Of a DNA stretch of 64,000 bases, positions 12,178 through 22,327 are shown piece after piece. A program made the translations under genes and the position numbers. Each line of letters starts with the position of its first letter. Positions within the stretch are counted from its first letter, which is position 1. The stretch is from Marinicella sp. GTDB lineage: Bacteria > Pseudomonadota > Gammaproteobacteria > Xanthomonadales > Marinicellaceae. The stretch covers positions 1,568,001-1,632,000 of the forward strand of contig OZ246001.1 of the NCBI GenBank assembly GCA_965230295.1. The letters run 5' to 3'. The notes under the pieces were generated by a model, which did not search any database, was not told the origin of the DNA, and saw nothing but the letters and a program-made list of their open reading frames with translations.

Positions 12178-12257
12178 GGCTTCGACTAAGCCTGTCATGA
12201 GTTTGTCGAATGGCTCAGCCAGCGGTAATCCGTTCACTGAGCGGAGTCGAAGTGAAC
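12178..12257. repeat. Family A REP doublet (interrupted forward unit plus inverted unit)
   Basis: GGCTTCGACTAAG[23-nt insert]CTCAGCCAGCGG...CCGTTCACTGAGCGGAGTCGAAGTGAAC. Confidence 0.85.
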
Positions 12258-12270
12258 TGAACAAGACAAT

Positions 12271-12298
12271 AAAAAACCCGGTATCAAACCGGGCTTTT
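12271..12298 (-). terminator. Intrinsic terminator of the BtuB-like gene
   Basis: AAAAAACCCGGT...ACCGGGCTTTT, giving a U-tract on the minus strand. Confidence 0.7.
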
Positions 12299-12323
12299 AT
12301 CGGATTCGTATTCACTCTTTTGA

Positions 12324-14258
12324 TCAGAAGCGACCCCTCAGACCAATGGAATAAGACGCACCGGGACGGGCATAACCCAACACCTCTTCATAATCTTCAT
12401 CAAACAGATTTTGGCCTTTTAAATACACTTGGTAATCCTCAGACAACTGCCAGTTGAAGGTCAAATCAAATGTGGTATAAGCATCCAATTTTACATTCGA
12501 TGAAACAAAAGTCACTGGATCAAAAAACACGTCCAACTGGTCGCTTTGGTAATTCACCTGGGCATACAGTTGTGCACGATCTCCGGCAAAGCGGTAATCA
12601 ACACTCAAATGAGCCATGTTTTCTGGTCGACGCACTTCTTCTGCATCACGACCATCGCTGCCAGGCTCAGTGGCATCGGTGTACGTGTAATTAAAGTTGA
12701 AGCCCAAATCTGGTCTGATTTGGCCAGAGTAATTCAACTCCAGGCCTTGTCGTTCGCTGTCGCCCGCTTGATTGGCTGCCGTAAACAAGCCGGAAGCTGC
12801 ATCAAACACAAAACCGTTGATTTCATTGGTCAGGTCTTGGCTGAAATAAACCACTTCAAGCGTGTTCTGCTCCCATGACTTGATCAAACCAATTTCAAAG
12901 GCATCTGATTCTTCTGGCTCCAGCTCTGGGTTACCCATGAAGTTGGCTGGAAAAAATCCAAACCGCTCGATGAATGACGGTGCTTTGCTTCCAGTGCCGA
13001 ATGAACCACGCAGGCGTAAATCATGATCAAATTGATACGAGGCTGCCAATTTATAGTTGCTGACGTCCTCGAATTTGTTAAAAGTGTCATTGCGAGCTGA
13101 CAAGCTCCAGTTAAACCGGTCATTGACTTGTTGCTGGTATTCGCCGGCCAAGCCAGTGCTGTGATAACTTTGTTGTTGGTTGGGGTCTCCAAAAGGCGAA
13201 GCTTGTCCACGTTGAACAAAGTCAACGGCTCGATGATCTGCCACAAAAGAAACGCGATGCTGGTTGCGCTCACCTAACCAGAATGTGCTGTTGAACTTGT
13301 ATTCATCTGTTTCTGCAGCGGTTGAACTGGTCACACCCAAGCCATGGGTGAAATTATCTGCATCGACATCAGTCCATTGATATGACAATGAAGACTGCCA
13401 TTGCTCATTGTGGTTGAAATCAGCCTGTAATTGACCGCTGTTTTGTGTTCTTTCTGTCCACAAATCAGCATCTGTTGGTAAGCCGGTCACAACAAAGTCA
13501 GTGCCATCGAATTCATTCAATGCATCACTGTGACGCAGTGACAAACCCAGTCCAACAGCCTCGGTGACATCAACCCCTACTTTGACATGCCCAACCAGGT
13601 TTTCAAACCCGTCTTCTTCAGGCCCTTGTCTTGAGATGTTGCTACCAGATGAGTCCAAATAGTTAACACCGGCGTCCAGCCGCCATTGCCCTTGATTCAC
13701 CCCACCATTGACAGCCAGTCTTTTGGTGTTGAATGAACCCAGTTCTGAATCGAAATTGAAGTTATTGTTGTTGGATGTTTTGGTGATGATGTTGATGACT
13801 GCGCCCACTGCATCAGTGCCCCAAATGGCACTTTGTGGGCCACGGATCACTTCGATGCGTTCAACATCATCCAGCAAAGCATAATTGAATAAGAATTCAT
13901 CTCCCGCACTGGGGTCATTGACCCGTACACCATCAATGAGTACCAACACGTGGTTGGCTTCAGAGCCTCGAACCCGCACTTGGGTTTGGGTGCCAGGACC
14001 TCCTGATTGATTGACTGCAAAACCAGGTACTTTACGCAGAACATCAGATAAATAAGTTGCTTGTGCAGCAGCAATTTCTGCTGCTGTGATCACGGTTAAT
14101 GAACCTGCAAAATGGTCTGATTCAATGGGTGCTAAACCACCACTGACAATCAGGTTGGGTAAATCAGCCAAAGGGGCTGCTGAATCGGTGTCTTGTGCTT
14201 GAACTGCAACAGACAAGGCCAACAAACCAGTGGCCACATGGTATTTTTTGAATTTCAT
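12324..14258 (-). CDS. btuB: TonB-dependent receptor, probable cobalamin transporter
   Basis: Signal peptide, plug motifs (VRVRGSEANHVLVLIDGV, IERIEVIRGP-like VERIEVIRGPQSAIWG), C-terminal Phe; cobalamin riboswitch upstream; start moved to MKFKKY after an AGGAG RBS. Confidence 0.85.
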   Translation of the reverse strand: MKFKKYHVATGLLALSVAVQAQDTDSAAPLADLPNLIVSGGLAPIESDHFAGSLTVITAAEIAAAQATYLSDVLRKVPGFAVNQSGGPGTQTQVRVRGSEANHVLVLIDGVRVNDPSAGDEFLFNYALLDDVERIEVIRGPQSAIWGTDAVGAVINIITKTSNNNNFNFDSELGSFNTKRLAVNGGVNQGQWRLDAGVNYLDSSGSNISRQGPEEDGFENLVGHVKVGVDVTEAVGLGLSLRHSDALNEFDGTDFVVTGLPTDADLWTERTQNSGQLQADFNHNEQWQSSLSYQWTDVDADNFTHGLGVTSSTAAETDEYKFNSTFWLGERNQHRVSFVADHRAVDFVQRGQASPFGDPNQQQSYHSTGLAGEYQQQVNDRFNWSLSARNDTFNKFEDVSNYKLAASYQFDHDLRLRGSFGTGSKAPSFIERFGFFPANFMGNPELEPEESDAFEIGLIKSWEQNTLEVVYFSQDLTNEINGFVFDAASGLFTAANQAGDSERQGLELNYSGQIRPDLGFNFNYTYTDATEPGSDGRDAEEVRRPENMAHLSVDYRFAGDRAQLYAQVNYQSDQLDVFFDPVTFVSSNVKLDAYTTFDLTFNWQLSEDYQVYLKGQNLFDEDYEEVLGYARPGASYSIGLRGRF

Positions 14259-14369
14259 TTGTACTCCTGTTCCACCCGAACATGAAGGGATCTTGATGCT
14301 GATCACACAGTTGATTGATATCAGCAACAAAAAGGTTTAAATCAAGCGCCAAGCGCTCATGAATAAGCC

Positions 14370-14676
14370 TCCTCAGGTCGGTCTCCGGACTCGAAGTAAG
14401 GATAGTTCCGTGGCCACTTCTTTCACCGGTGGTGAAAGTCGTAACCACTTCCCATACTTGAATGAGCCGCCTTTTTGTCTCGCTGAGCGATTCAAAAAGT
14501 CGGCATGCTTCTTGCATGGGTTTAACCATCCAAAATCAACGGCCTTCCCATGATAATCACAGTGGCGTGTTCGTTGATCGTTTACTACTTACCGTTGCGG
14601 GGGCAGTGTTGGCTTTGAAATAGATGATTTCGCACCGACTTCCCGTTTAACCTGACTGATGTCAGGACCTGCAGGT
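14370..14676 (-). ncRNA. Cobalamin (AdoCbl) riboswitch
   Basis: Minus strand has AAACGGGAAGTCGGTGCGAA, CACTGCCCCCGCAACGGTAA, GCCACTG...GGGAAGG and the B12 box AGTCCGGAGACCGACC; outer pairing CCTGCAGGTC/GACCTGAGG; lies upstream of a TonB receptor. Confidence 0.9.
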
Positions 14677-14892
14677 AGGTGCGCACATGCTATATAGAGC
14701 CTGCTCAGAAGTCAATAAACAATTGATTTGTCTGTTGTAGAGTGACCTTTGTGGGCTGTTTTGATTGCTATTATGGGTTTCTAGATAAGCAGTGAAGTGG
14801 TCTTCAGGTGTGGGCTTTTGTTGAATGACCCGGCACAAACCCCTGTCACCTACGTATTAGAAGAGCGACAGGGTGCGACTTAGACTTATTAT

Positions 14893-15234
<342 letters not shown>

Positions 15235-15240
15235 TCATTC

Positions 15241-15903
15241 CTACCAGGGTAATTGCTCGCCTTCAGCATGCCAGAAAGTGCCCGTATTTTCTATACGTAA
15301 TTGTGCGATCCTATCAAGTAATCCGTTGGCAGCATGCTGGGTATCTACAAAGCCATTGTGCCCTGTCATATCAGTCTTCACATAACCAGGGTGCAACAAA
15401 CCCACAGCAATCCCTTTGGGCTTGAGGTCAACTGCCAGACTGGTGCCTGCCATGTTAACGGCTGCTTTGCTCATGCGGTAACCGTAGTGACCACCAGAAT
15501 CATTGTCTGCCATCGAGCCCATGCGACTGGTCACTATGGCCACTTTCGCACCAACAACTAAATGAGACAACAAGGCTTCGGTCACCATCAAAGGACCGAT
15601 GGCGTTGACCTGGTATTGTTGCATCACCGTTTGGTAATCAATGTCACCCAGGGCATTGCGAGCCAACACACCGGCATTGTTGATCAAAACATCAATTTTT
15701 TCATCGCCCAAGCGCTCTGACAACTGTTGAACCGATGACAGGTCCGACACATCACATTGGTCAATAACCCGCACCCCCAAGCCGTCCAAAGCTGGACTGC
15801 TGGAGCGACAAACCGCAATCACCTGATGGCCTTGATCCTTGATTTGTCGACACAATTCCAAACCAATGCCTCGATTGGCTCCAGTGACTAAATACGTTTG
15901 CAT
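15241..15903 (-). CDS. Short-chain dehydrogenase/reductase (CsgA-like)
   Basis: TGANRGIG, INNAG, YRMSKAA, LHPGYVKTDM. Confidence 0.9.
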   Translation of the reverse strand: MQTYLVTGANRGIGLELCRQIKDQGHQVIAVCRSSSPALDGLGVRVIDQCDVSDLSSVQQLSERLGDEKIDVLINNAGVLARNALGDIDYQTVMQQYQVNAIGPLMVTEALLSHLVVGAKVAIVTSRMGSMADNDSGGHYGYRMSKAAVNMAGTSLAVDLKPKGIAVGLLHPGYVKTDMTGHNGFVDTQHAANGLLDRIAQLRIENTGTFWHAEGEQLPW

Positions 15904-15976
15904 GGTTAACTCCTGATGTTGCTGCTGGTAAATGATTCCATAAACATGGTCATGATTACACTGAAATCAATGCCAG

Positions 15977-16741
15977 ATGTTATAAATGAAACCAAATTGT
16001 GAACCCTGTGACAGCCCGTTGCCAGCCGAATCACCACATGCTTACATATAAGGAATGTTCTTGGGGCTTCATTCTGGCTCATGGTCTGAGCAGTTGCTTC
16101 GCACTGCATGTCTGTTTCAGACAAAAGAGAAAGCGACTGCTTACATGGATGTAAGTATGCAGCGATAGCAGGCAGGAATTGTTCCCAACAATTCTCTGCA
16201 TTCACCCCGTCCTGGGGATCGATGTGGTAGCTGCCGAGGCGAACATGACTTGCTACCTCGCACGCACTGCGGCATTCAAATCGGGCTTCTTTATCTTCGA
16301 TAAAACCGCCCAACTTTCATTGCCTGTGCTATAACGCCATTCACATAAGGCTTCTTGACTTCGTCAAATCACCATATGCTCATTGGCTATTCTCTTCGCC
16401 TCTGATTGGCTTACATGGAAGTAAGTCCTCTGAGGAGGCAGGATGCCGGTATCAGAGGTGACTACATGGATGTAGGTCTGCCGCGATAGCTAGGAGCGAT
16501 AGCGGCCGCTATAACAAAAGCTCACGGCTAATCAATCATTACATCAAGGCTTCTTTGCTTTGCAAAATCGCCATGATTGCATGATTTGCCTAACCAGCTC
16601 GACGGGTCAAGCTGCTCAGCAGCTTTCCTTAGTTACGAATGCACGTTCTGCGATGAATGTAATGTCCAAACCTTCAACTTTGTCTGCCCTGATTGTGGCG
16701 GGGAATTGGTCAAGCGACCCAGTCGAATCAAGTCTGATTGA
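15977..16741 (+). pseudogene. DUF1272 family Cys-rich gene split by an insertion
   Basis: N half 15977-16048 reads ML*MKPNCEPCDSPLPAESPHAYI; C half 16631-16741, in the same frame, reads SYECTFCDECNVQTFNFVCPDCGGELVKRPSRIKSD*; together they match the DUF1272 pattern. Confidence 0.8.
16049..16631. mobile_element. MITE-like non-coding insertion (family C)
   Basis: Ends TAAGGAA / TTCCTTA (inverted, TA-terminated); interrupts a recognisable gene; shares segments with 59704-59902 (inverted) and 49720-49757. Confidence 0.7.
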
Positions 16742-16761
16742 GCCGCTTTAAGGTGTTTGAA

Positions 16762-17475
16762 TTAATCGAAGAAGTTGCTTTTAACTTCGTCGATATCGGT
16801 GTGACGCACGTCTTTACCAATCACCAAATAAATGATGTTTTCGCATATATTCTTTGCGTGATCACCGATGCGCTCCAAAGACTGTGCGCATTGGCTGAGT
16901 TTTAAGTAAGGTTTTACCTTATTGGGGTCTTTAACCATGTGTTTGATTAGGTGCCCATTCAGTTCATCAAAATGGGCATCGATCACCTGGTCTTTTTGTG
17001 CTATTTTTATAGCTTCTTCCGCATCTAACCGCGCCAAGGCATTCAAAGACCCAGACAAATTGGCCAACACTTCTTGTCCCAAATGATCGATCTCCTGATA
17101 GTATTTCGATTGAAAATCACGCTTCATTAATTTTTTTAAAAGGCGTGCCATTTTTTCTGTTTCATCTCCTATCCGTTCAATGTCGGTAATGCTTTTCATC
17201 ACCGCCACAATCAAACGCAAGTCACTGGCTGCTGGCTGCCTGCGCGCGATGATGCGGGTACATTCTTGATCCAAGTCCACTTCCATCTGATCAATGTCAT
17301 CACCATGAGACAACAGTTCTTCTGCCAAATCCTTATTGTTTTCAACCATCGCCGTTAAAGCCATGCGCAACTGACTCTCGGCTTTACCACCCATTTTTAA
17401 CAGGTGGTTTCTGATGTCTTCCAATTCAGCGTTGTACTCACTGGATGTGTGTGTTTCAAATTCAAATTGCTCCAT
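16762..17475 (-). CDS. phoU: Phosphate signalling complex protein PhoU
   Basis: IARRQPAASDLR, DIERIGD, LERIGDHAKNI. Confidence 0.96.
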   Translation of the reverse strand: MEQFEFETHTSSEYNAELEDIRNHLLKMGGKAESQLRMALTAMVENNKDLAEELLSHGDDIDQMEVDLDQECTRIIARRQPAASDLRLIVAVMKSITDIERIGDETEKMARLLKKLMKRDFQSKYYQEIDHLGQEVLANLSGSLNALARLDAEEAIKIAQKDQVIDAHFDELNGHLIKHMVKDPNKVKPYLKLSQCAQSLERIGDHAKNICENIIYLVIGKDVRHTDIDEVKSNFFD

Positions 17476-17486
17476 TATCAGCTCCT

Positions 17487-18362
17487 TTACCCGAATCGAC
17501 CGGTGATGTATTTTTCAGTTAAATCATGTGCAGGGTTGGTGAAGATTTGATCGGTGTCTCCGACTTCAATCAACCGACCCATATGGAAATATGCCGTGCG
17601 TTGTGAAACCCGTGCTGCTTGTTGCATGGAGTGTGTCACAATCACAATGGTGAAATTTTCCTTCAACTCATTGATCAACTCTTCAATCTTAGCTGTCGCA
17701 ATCGGGTCCAAAGCTGAAGCCGGCTCATCCATCAAAATCACCTCAGGTTGCACAGCGATGGTGCGTGCGATGCACAAACGCTGTTGCTGCCCGCCAGAAA
17801 GACCAGTACCCGGGGCATGTAATCGATCTTTGACTTCAGCAAATAAACCTGCTTTGATCAAGGAATCTTCAACCAGGTCATCCAGTTCTGCTTTGTTTCT
17901 GGTCAGGCCATGAATTCTGGGGCCATAGGCGACGTTGTCATAGATTGATTTAGGGAATGGATTGGGTTTCTGAAAAACCATACCCACCCGCGCTCTTAAC
18001 AACACCGGATCTTGTTTCTTGCTGTAGATGTTTTCATTGTCCAACAACACCTGTCCTTTAACTCGACAAATATCAATGGTGTCATTCATGCGATTCAAGG
18101 TTCGCAAGTAGGTTGATTTACCACAGCCCGAAGGACCAATCAGTGCGATCACTTCGTTGGCACCAATGTCCAAGGTGACATCATGGATGGCTTGGTTGTC
18201 AGCATAAAAAACATCAACGTTTTTGGTGCTGAATTTGGGGTTTTCACACAGCGGCTGACCCACGGTATCTGTATACTCAATGTTTAATGAGTCTTCTGTT
18301 TCAGGGTTTGATCTGACATTCATTGTTGGTTCTGCCAACTCGTTTAATACGGCTTCATTCAT
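17487..18362 (-). CDS. pstB: Phosphate ABC transporter ATP-binding protein
   Basis: [36 protein letters not shown]. Confidence 0.97.
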   Translation of the reverse strand: MNEAVLNELAEPTMNVRSNPETEDSLNIEYTDTVGQPLCENPKFSTKNVDVFYADNQAIHDVTLDIGANEVIALIGPSGCGKSTYLRTLNRMNDTIDICRVKGQVLLDNENIYSKKQDPVLLRARVGMVFQKPNPFPKSIYDNVAYGPRIHGLTRNKAELDDLVEDSLIKAGLFAEVKDRLHAPGTGLSGGQQQRLCIARTIAVQPEVILMDEPASALDPIATAKIEELINELKENFTIVIVTHSMQQAARVSQRTAYFHMGRLIEVGDTDQIFTNPAHDLTEKYITGRFG

Positions 18363-18368
18363 GATACT

Positions 18369-19643
18369 TTACCATTTTTTCTCAAACTTTTTCCGCAGAT
18401 AAATGGCTATGGCATTCATCGCGACCAAAAAGAACAGCAAGACCATAATGGCTGCTGAGGTTTTTTCTAAAAATCCGCGTTCAGGTGAATCTGCCCACAA
18501 GAACACTTGGATTGGTAATACGGTTGACGGATCAACAACAGATTGTGGGATATCGACAATAAAGGCCACCATACCAATCATTAATAAGGGTGCTGTTTCA
18601 CCAAGGGCTTGTGCCATACCAATGATGGTACCGGTTAAGATACCTGGCAAAGCAGCCGGTAATACGTGGTGAAACACCGTTTGCATTTTCGATGCCCCCA
18701 ACCCCAAAGCCGCTTCTCGCAAAGAGGGCGGTACTGCTTTGATCGCTGACCGCGAGGCAATGATGATGGTCGGCAAAGTCATCAATGACAACACAATACC
18801 ACCGACCAAAGGTGCTGATCTGGGCAGGCTGAAAAAGTTGATAAACACCGCCAGACCCAGCAAACCGAAAACGATTGATGGCACAGCTGCCAGGTTATTG
18901 ATGTTGATTTCGATGAAATCAATAAAGCGGTTTTTCGGCGCAAACTCTTCCAGATAGATGGCAGCGGCCACAGCCACTGGAAATGACAATGCCAAAGTAA
19001 CCAACAAAGTGAACAATGAACCCAAGATGGCACCTTTGATGCCGGCCATTTCTGGTTCCCGAGAATCACCACTGGAGAAAAAGTGCCAGTTAAAACCGGT
19101 AGAAATTTGGCCGCTGGCTTCCAAGGTTTCTATCCAGGCCAACTTGTTGTCTTTAACCCGGCGATCTGACTCAGGCAAGTTGCGATCTATCGAGCCTTTG
19201 ATCACAGCATCCACATCGTCATCAGCCATGAATTCAACAGCCAGTGTCTGACCCAACAAACCGGGATCTTCTATCAACATATCTCTGAGTTGAAACTCTG
19301 CGCCCATGCTGGTCAAGGAATACAGGGCCCTTTTGTCATTACGCTTGGTCACTTCAGGAAATTGTTTCAACAAAGCCGCTCGGATCACTTTTCTGAAATC
19401 GGCTGCCATCATATCCTGGTTTGAACTGTCGGCATCCAAACCCAACTCATCGCCATTCAAATCAACCGTCAATTCTATTTTCGTTTGTGAAAATGCCGGC
19501 ATCGCTTTGCCCGCAATGTCCGTCAACAAAAACAGCAAAAACAAAATGGCAGTGGCGATTGAGAACAACCCCAATGATTTGAAAATGCGTTCTTTGATGT
19601 AGCGCTTGCGCAGGCTATTTTTAACCAATTCTGTGTTATTCAT
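18369..19643 (-). CDS. pstA: Phosphate ABC transporter permease PstA
   Basis: NLAAVPSIVFGL, EAALGLGA, QALGETAP; start moved to MNNTELV, overlapping the pstC stop. Confidence 0.95.
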   Translation of the reverse strand: MNNTELVKNSLRKRYIKERIFKSLGLFSIATAILFLLFLLTDIAGKAMPAFSQTKIELTVDLNGDELGLDADSSNQDMMAADFRKVIRAALLKQFPEVTKRNDKRALYSLTSMGAEFQLRDMLIEDPGLLGQTLAVEFMADDDVDAVIKGSIDRNLPESDRRVKDNKLAWIETLEASGQISTGFNWHFFSSGDSREPEMAGIKGAILGSLFTLLVTLALSFPVAVAAAIYLEEFAPKNRFIDFIEININNLAAVPSIVFGLLGLAVFINFFSLPRSAPLVGGIVLSLMTLPTIIIASRSAIKAVPPSLREAALGLGASKMQTVFHHVLPAALPGILTGTIIGMAQALGETAPLLMIGMVAFIVDIPQSVVDPSTVLPIQVFLWADSPERGFLEKTSAAIMVLLFFLVAMNAIAIYLRKKFEKKW

Positions 19644-21018
19644 ACTGCTCTCGGTATTTCCTGACCACATGTAATGCGATCACATTCAGAATCAAAGTGG
19701 TGACAAACAACATCAAGCCCAAAGCAAATGCAGCCAAGGTCTTGGCGCTGTCAAATTCTTGGTCACCTGTCAATAAAGTCACAATTTGCACCGTTACGGT
19801 GGTGACCGCTTCCAACGGATTGACGGTCAAGTTGGCCGCCAATCCTGCAGCCATCACCACAATCATGGTTTCCCCAATGGCCCTTGATGCCGCCAACAAA
19901 ACACCACCAACAATCCCTGGCAATGCAGCCGGAATCAGGACTTTGGTGATGGTTTCAGAGCGGGTGGCGCCCAGCCCCAATGAACCTTCTCGTAAACTTT
20001 GGGGCACCGCTGATAAAACATCATCAGAAAGTGACGAAACGAATGGAATGATCATGATCCCCATCACCAATCCTGCGGCCAATGCACTTTCTGAGGCCAC
20101 TGACAAGCCCAAAGATTCACCAAACCCACGAATCATCGGCGCCACCGTTAAGGCGGCAAAGAAGCCATAAACCACTGTAGGGATACCGGCTAAAATTTCC
20201 AACACCGGCTTGGCCACCGCACGGATGGAAGTGCTGGCATATTCAGATAAATATATCGCAGACATCAAGCCCAATGGTACAGAAACCAATAACGCAATGA
20301 ATGAAATCAACATGGTGCCAACAAACAAGGGCACTGCACCAAAAGCTGCTGATGAACCCACTTGATCGGCACGGATGGCAGTCTGTGGTGACCACTCAGT
20401 ACCAAACATGAATGACAATATGGGCACTTCACCAAAGAACCGGGTTGATTCAAACAACACAGAAAATACAATTCCGACTGTGGTCATGATGGCTATCGAA
20501 GCCGCCAATAACAGGATCCCTTCGATGATTTTCTCGAATACTTTTCGTGCCGGGGTGTCGGTGTTTATTTTTCGCATCCCCCATACTGCCAACAATATGG
20601 CCAACGCCAGGACCACCACAGATATGGTGCGGTTGGTGGTGGTCTCAATTTCATGGTAGCGCTGATAGACCATTTGTTTTTCAGGACTCAAGGCACTGAC
20701 TTCTTCTGGAGTATCGGCGCTTTTGATGTCGTTCAAATACAAATCCAAATCATCAGATGCTTGTATTTCTGTGGTGGCTATATAGGCTGAAATTTCGCTG
20801 TTGATGTAAGGTTCTTCCACCAGCTGCAAAAAAAACAACACCAGCAAAGCCGGTAACAAAGACCACAATGCTGCCACATAACCAAAGTACTTGGGCAGAG
20901 TTAAAATCTTTTTCTTTTGTTTGTGTTGCCGATAAGCTGTGGTTATTTTCTGCCTGGCCATAAAATAACTGAAGGCCGCAAACAGCAACAACAAAAAGAT
21001 CAAGGCACTGATTTTCAT
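19636..21018 (-). CDS. pstC: Phosphate ABC transporter permease PstC
   Basis: LAGIPTVVYG, SRAIGETM, AIYLSEYA. Confidence 0.95.
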   Translation of the reverse strand: MKISALIFLLLLFAAFSYFMARQKITTAYRQHKQKKKILTLPKYFGYVAALWSLLPALLVLFFLQLVEEPYINSEISAYIATTEIQASDDLDLYLNDIKSADTPEEVSALSPEKQMVYQRYHEIETTTNRTISVVVLALAILLAVWGMRKINTDTPARKVFEKIIEGILLLAASIAIMTTVGIVFSVLFESTRFFGEVPILSFMFGTEWSPQTAIRADQVGSSAAFGAVPLFVGTMLISFIALLVSVPLGLMSAIYLSEYASTSIRAVAKPVLEILAGIPTVVYGFFAALTVAPMIRGFGESLGLSVASESALAAGLVMGIMIIPFVSSLSDDVLSAVPQSLREGSLGLGATRSETITKVLIPAALPGIVGGVLLAASRAIGETMIVVMAAGLAANLTVNPLEAVTTVTVQIVTLLTGDQEFDSAKTLAAFALGLMLFVTTLILNVIALHVVRKYREQYE

Positions 21019-21139
21019 TGGATATTCTTCTCTCAGTTTACAATCAAAAAAATTCGCTTAAGCGAATTGAGTTACAAAAAAGACCGCAACCGAAAGTTCA
21101 TCCGGTTGCGGCTTAAGATTATTGAAACGTAATCTATCT

Positions 21140-22177
21140 TTACAACTCAAGGTTGTTCAGTTTTTGGGTGTTTTCCTTAACATTCATGTACTTATCGGCA
21201 TCCAAAGGAATCAAACCTTTGTCCGTTAAATAACCTTCATCACCCATGGCTTTTTCGCTGGTGAATTCTGTCAAGAATTCAGACATACCTGGGATTTCAG
21301 AAACATGGGCTTTCTTCACATAGAAATACAAGGGTCTTGAAACCGGGTACTCACCTGTTGCAATGGTTTCGAACTCTGGAACCGCACCATCAACCAATGA
21401 ACCTTTTACCAAGTCTGCATTTTGATCCAGGAAAGAAAATCCAAAGATACCCAAAGCGTCTGGGTTCTTTTGCAATTTTTGAATAATCAGGTTGTCATTT
21501 TCACCGGCTTCTACATAAGCACCGTCTTCACGAATACTGTGACAAATGGTTTTATATTTTGATTTGTCAGCTGCTTTGGTGTCTTTGATCCACGGGAATT
21601 TTTTACAACCGCCTTCCATCGCCAACTCAACAAAGGCATCACGGGTACCCGAAGTTGGAGGAGGACCCAATACTTCAATCTTGACCGCTGGTAATTCAGC
21701 ATTCACTTCATTCCACATGGTGTATGGGTTAGCAACCAACTCACCATCTTTTTCGGTTGGCACTTCTTTGGCCAAAGCCAAGAACAAATCTTTGCGAGTC
21801 AATTTGAAGTCATGAGAATTAATTTCATTGGCAACCACAATACCGTCATAACCAATCAATACTTCAACCACTTCAGCAACACCATTGTCATGGCACATGG
21901 TTAACTCAGACTCTTTGATTCTTCTTGAAGCATTGGTGATGTCCGGAGTATCCACACCGTTGCCTTTACAAAACAACTTCATGCCACCGCCAGTACCCGT
22001 TGATTCAATTTTTGGCGTTTTGAAAGAAGTAGACTTACCAAACCTTTCGGCAACAACCGTTGAAAAAGGGTATACAGTTGATGAACCCACAACGCTGATG
22101 TAGTCACGACCTGCTGCCTGAATTTGTGAAGCAGCTACCAAACCAGCAACCAAAGTAATTTTCTTCAAAGTTTTCAT
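21140..22177 (-). CDS. pstS: Phosphate ABC transporter substrate-binding protein
   Basis: Signal peptide, VGSSTVYP, STGTGGG, PPPTSGTRD, YPVSRPLYFY; first gene of the pst operon. Confidence 0.93.
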   Translation of the reverse strand: MKTLKKITLVAGLVAASQIQAAGRDYISVVGSSTVYPFSTVVAERFGKSTSFKTPKIESTGTGGGMKLFCKGNGVDTPDITNASRRIKESELTMCHDNGVAEVVEVLIGYDGIVVANEINSHDFKLTRKDLFLALAKEVPTEKDGELVANPYTMWNEVNAELPAVKIEVLGPPPTSGTRDAFVELAMEGGCKKFPWIKDTKAADKSKYKTICHSIREDGAYVEAGENDNLIIQKLQKNPDALGIFGFSFLDQNADLVKGSLVDGAVPEFETIATGEYPVSRPLYFYVKKAHVSEIPGMSEFLTEFTSEKAMGDEGYLTDKGLIPLDADKYMNVKENTQKLNNLEL

Positions 22178-22223
22178 ATAATAATCATTCAAGTGTTACG
22201 ATGGCTGGCATTGTATTAAGCTT

Positions 22224-22253
22224 TTGTTACAGTTATATGACATTTTTGTAACA
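22224..22253 (-). promoter_or_regulatory. Pho box upstream of pstS
   Basis: Minus strand TGTTACAAAAATGTCATATAACTGTAACA has three 11-bp-spaced TGTCAT-like units, followed by a TACAAT -10-like element. Confidence 0.8.
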
Positions 22254-22327
22254 AACCTTCAAACAGGCCTTCCAAGCCCATTCTATAACGTGATTAATCA
22301 CAGTAACGTGACAAACAATTGAATATT

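Noticed and set aside
12070-12457. ORFs 12070-12315 and 12155-12457
   Set aside because: Translations of REP repeats and terminators
15906-16751. ORFs 15906-16313 and 16560-16751 as real genes
   Set aside because: They cross the inserted element and the DUF1272 remnant in the wrong strand or frame
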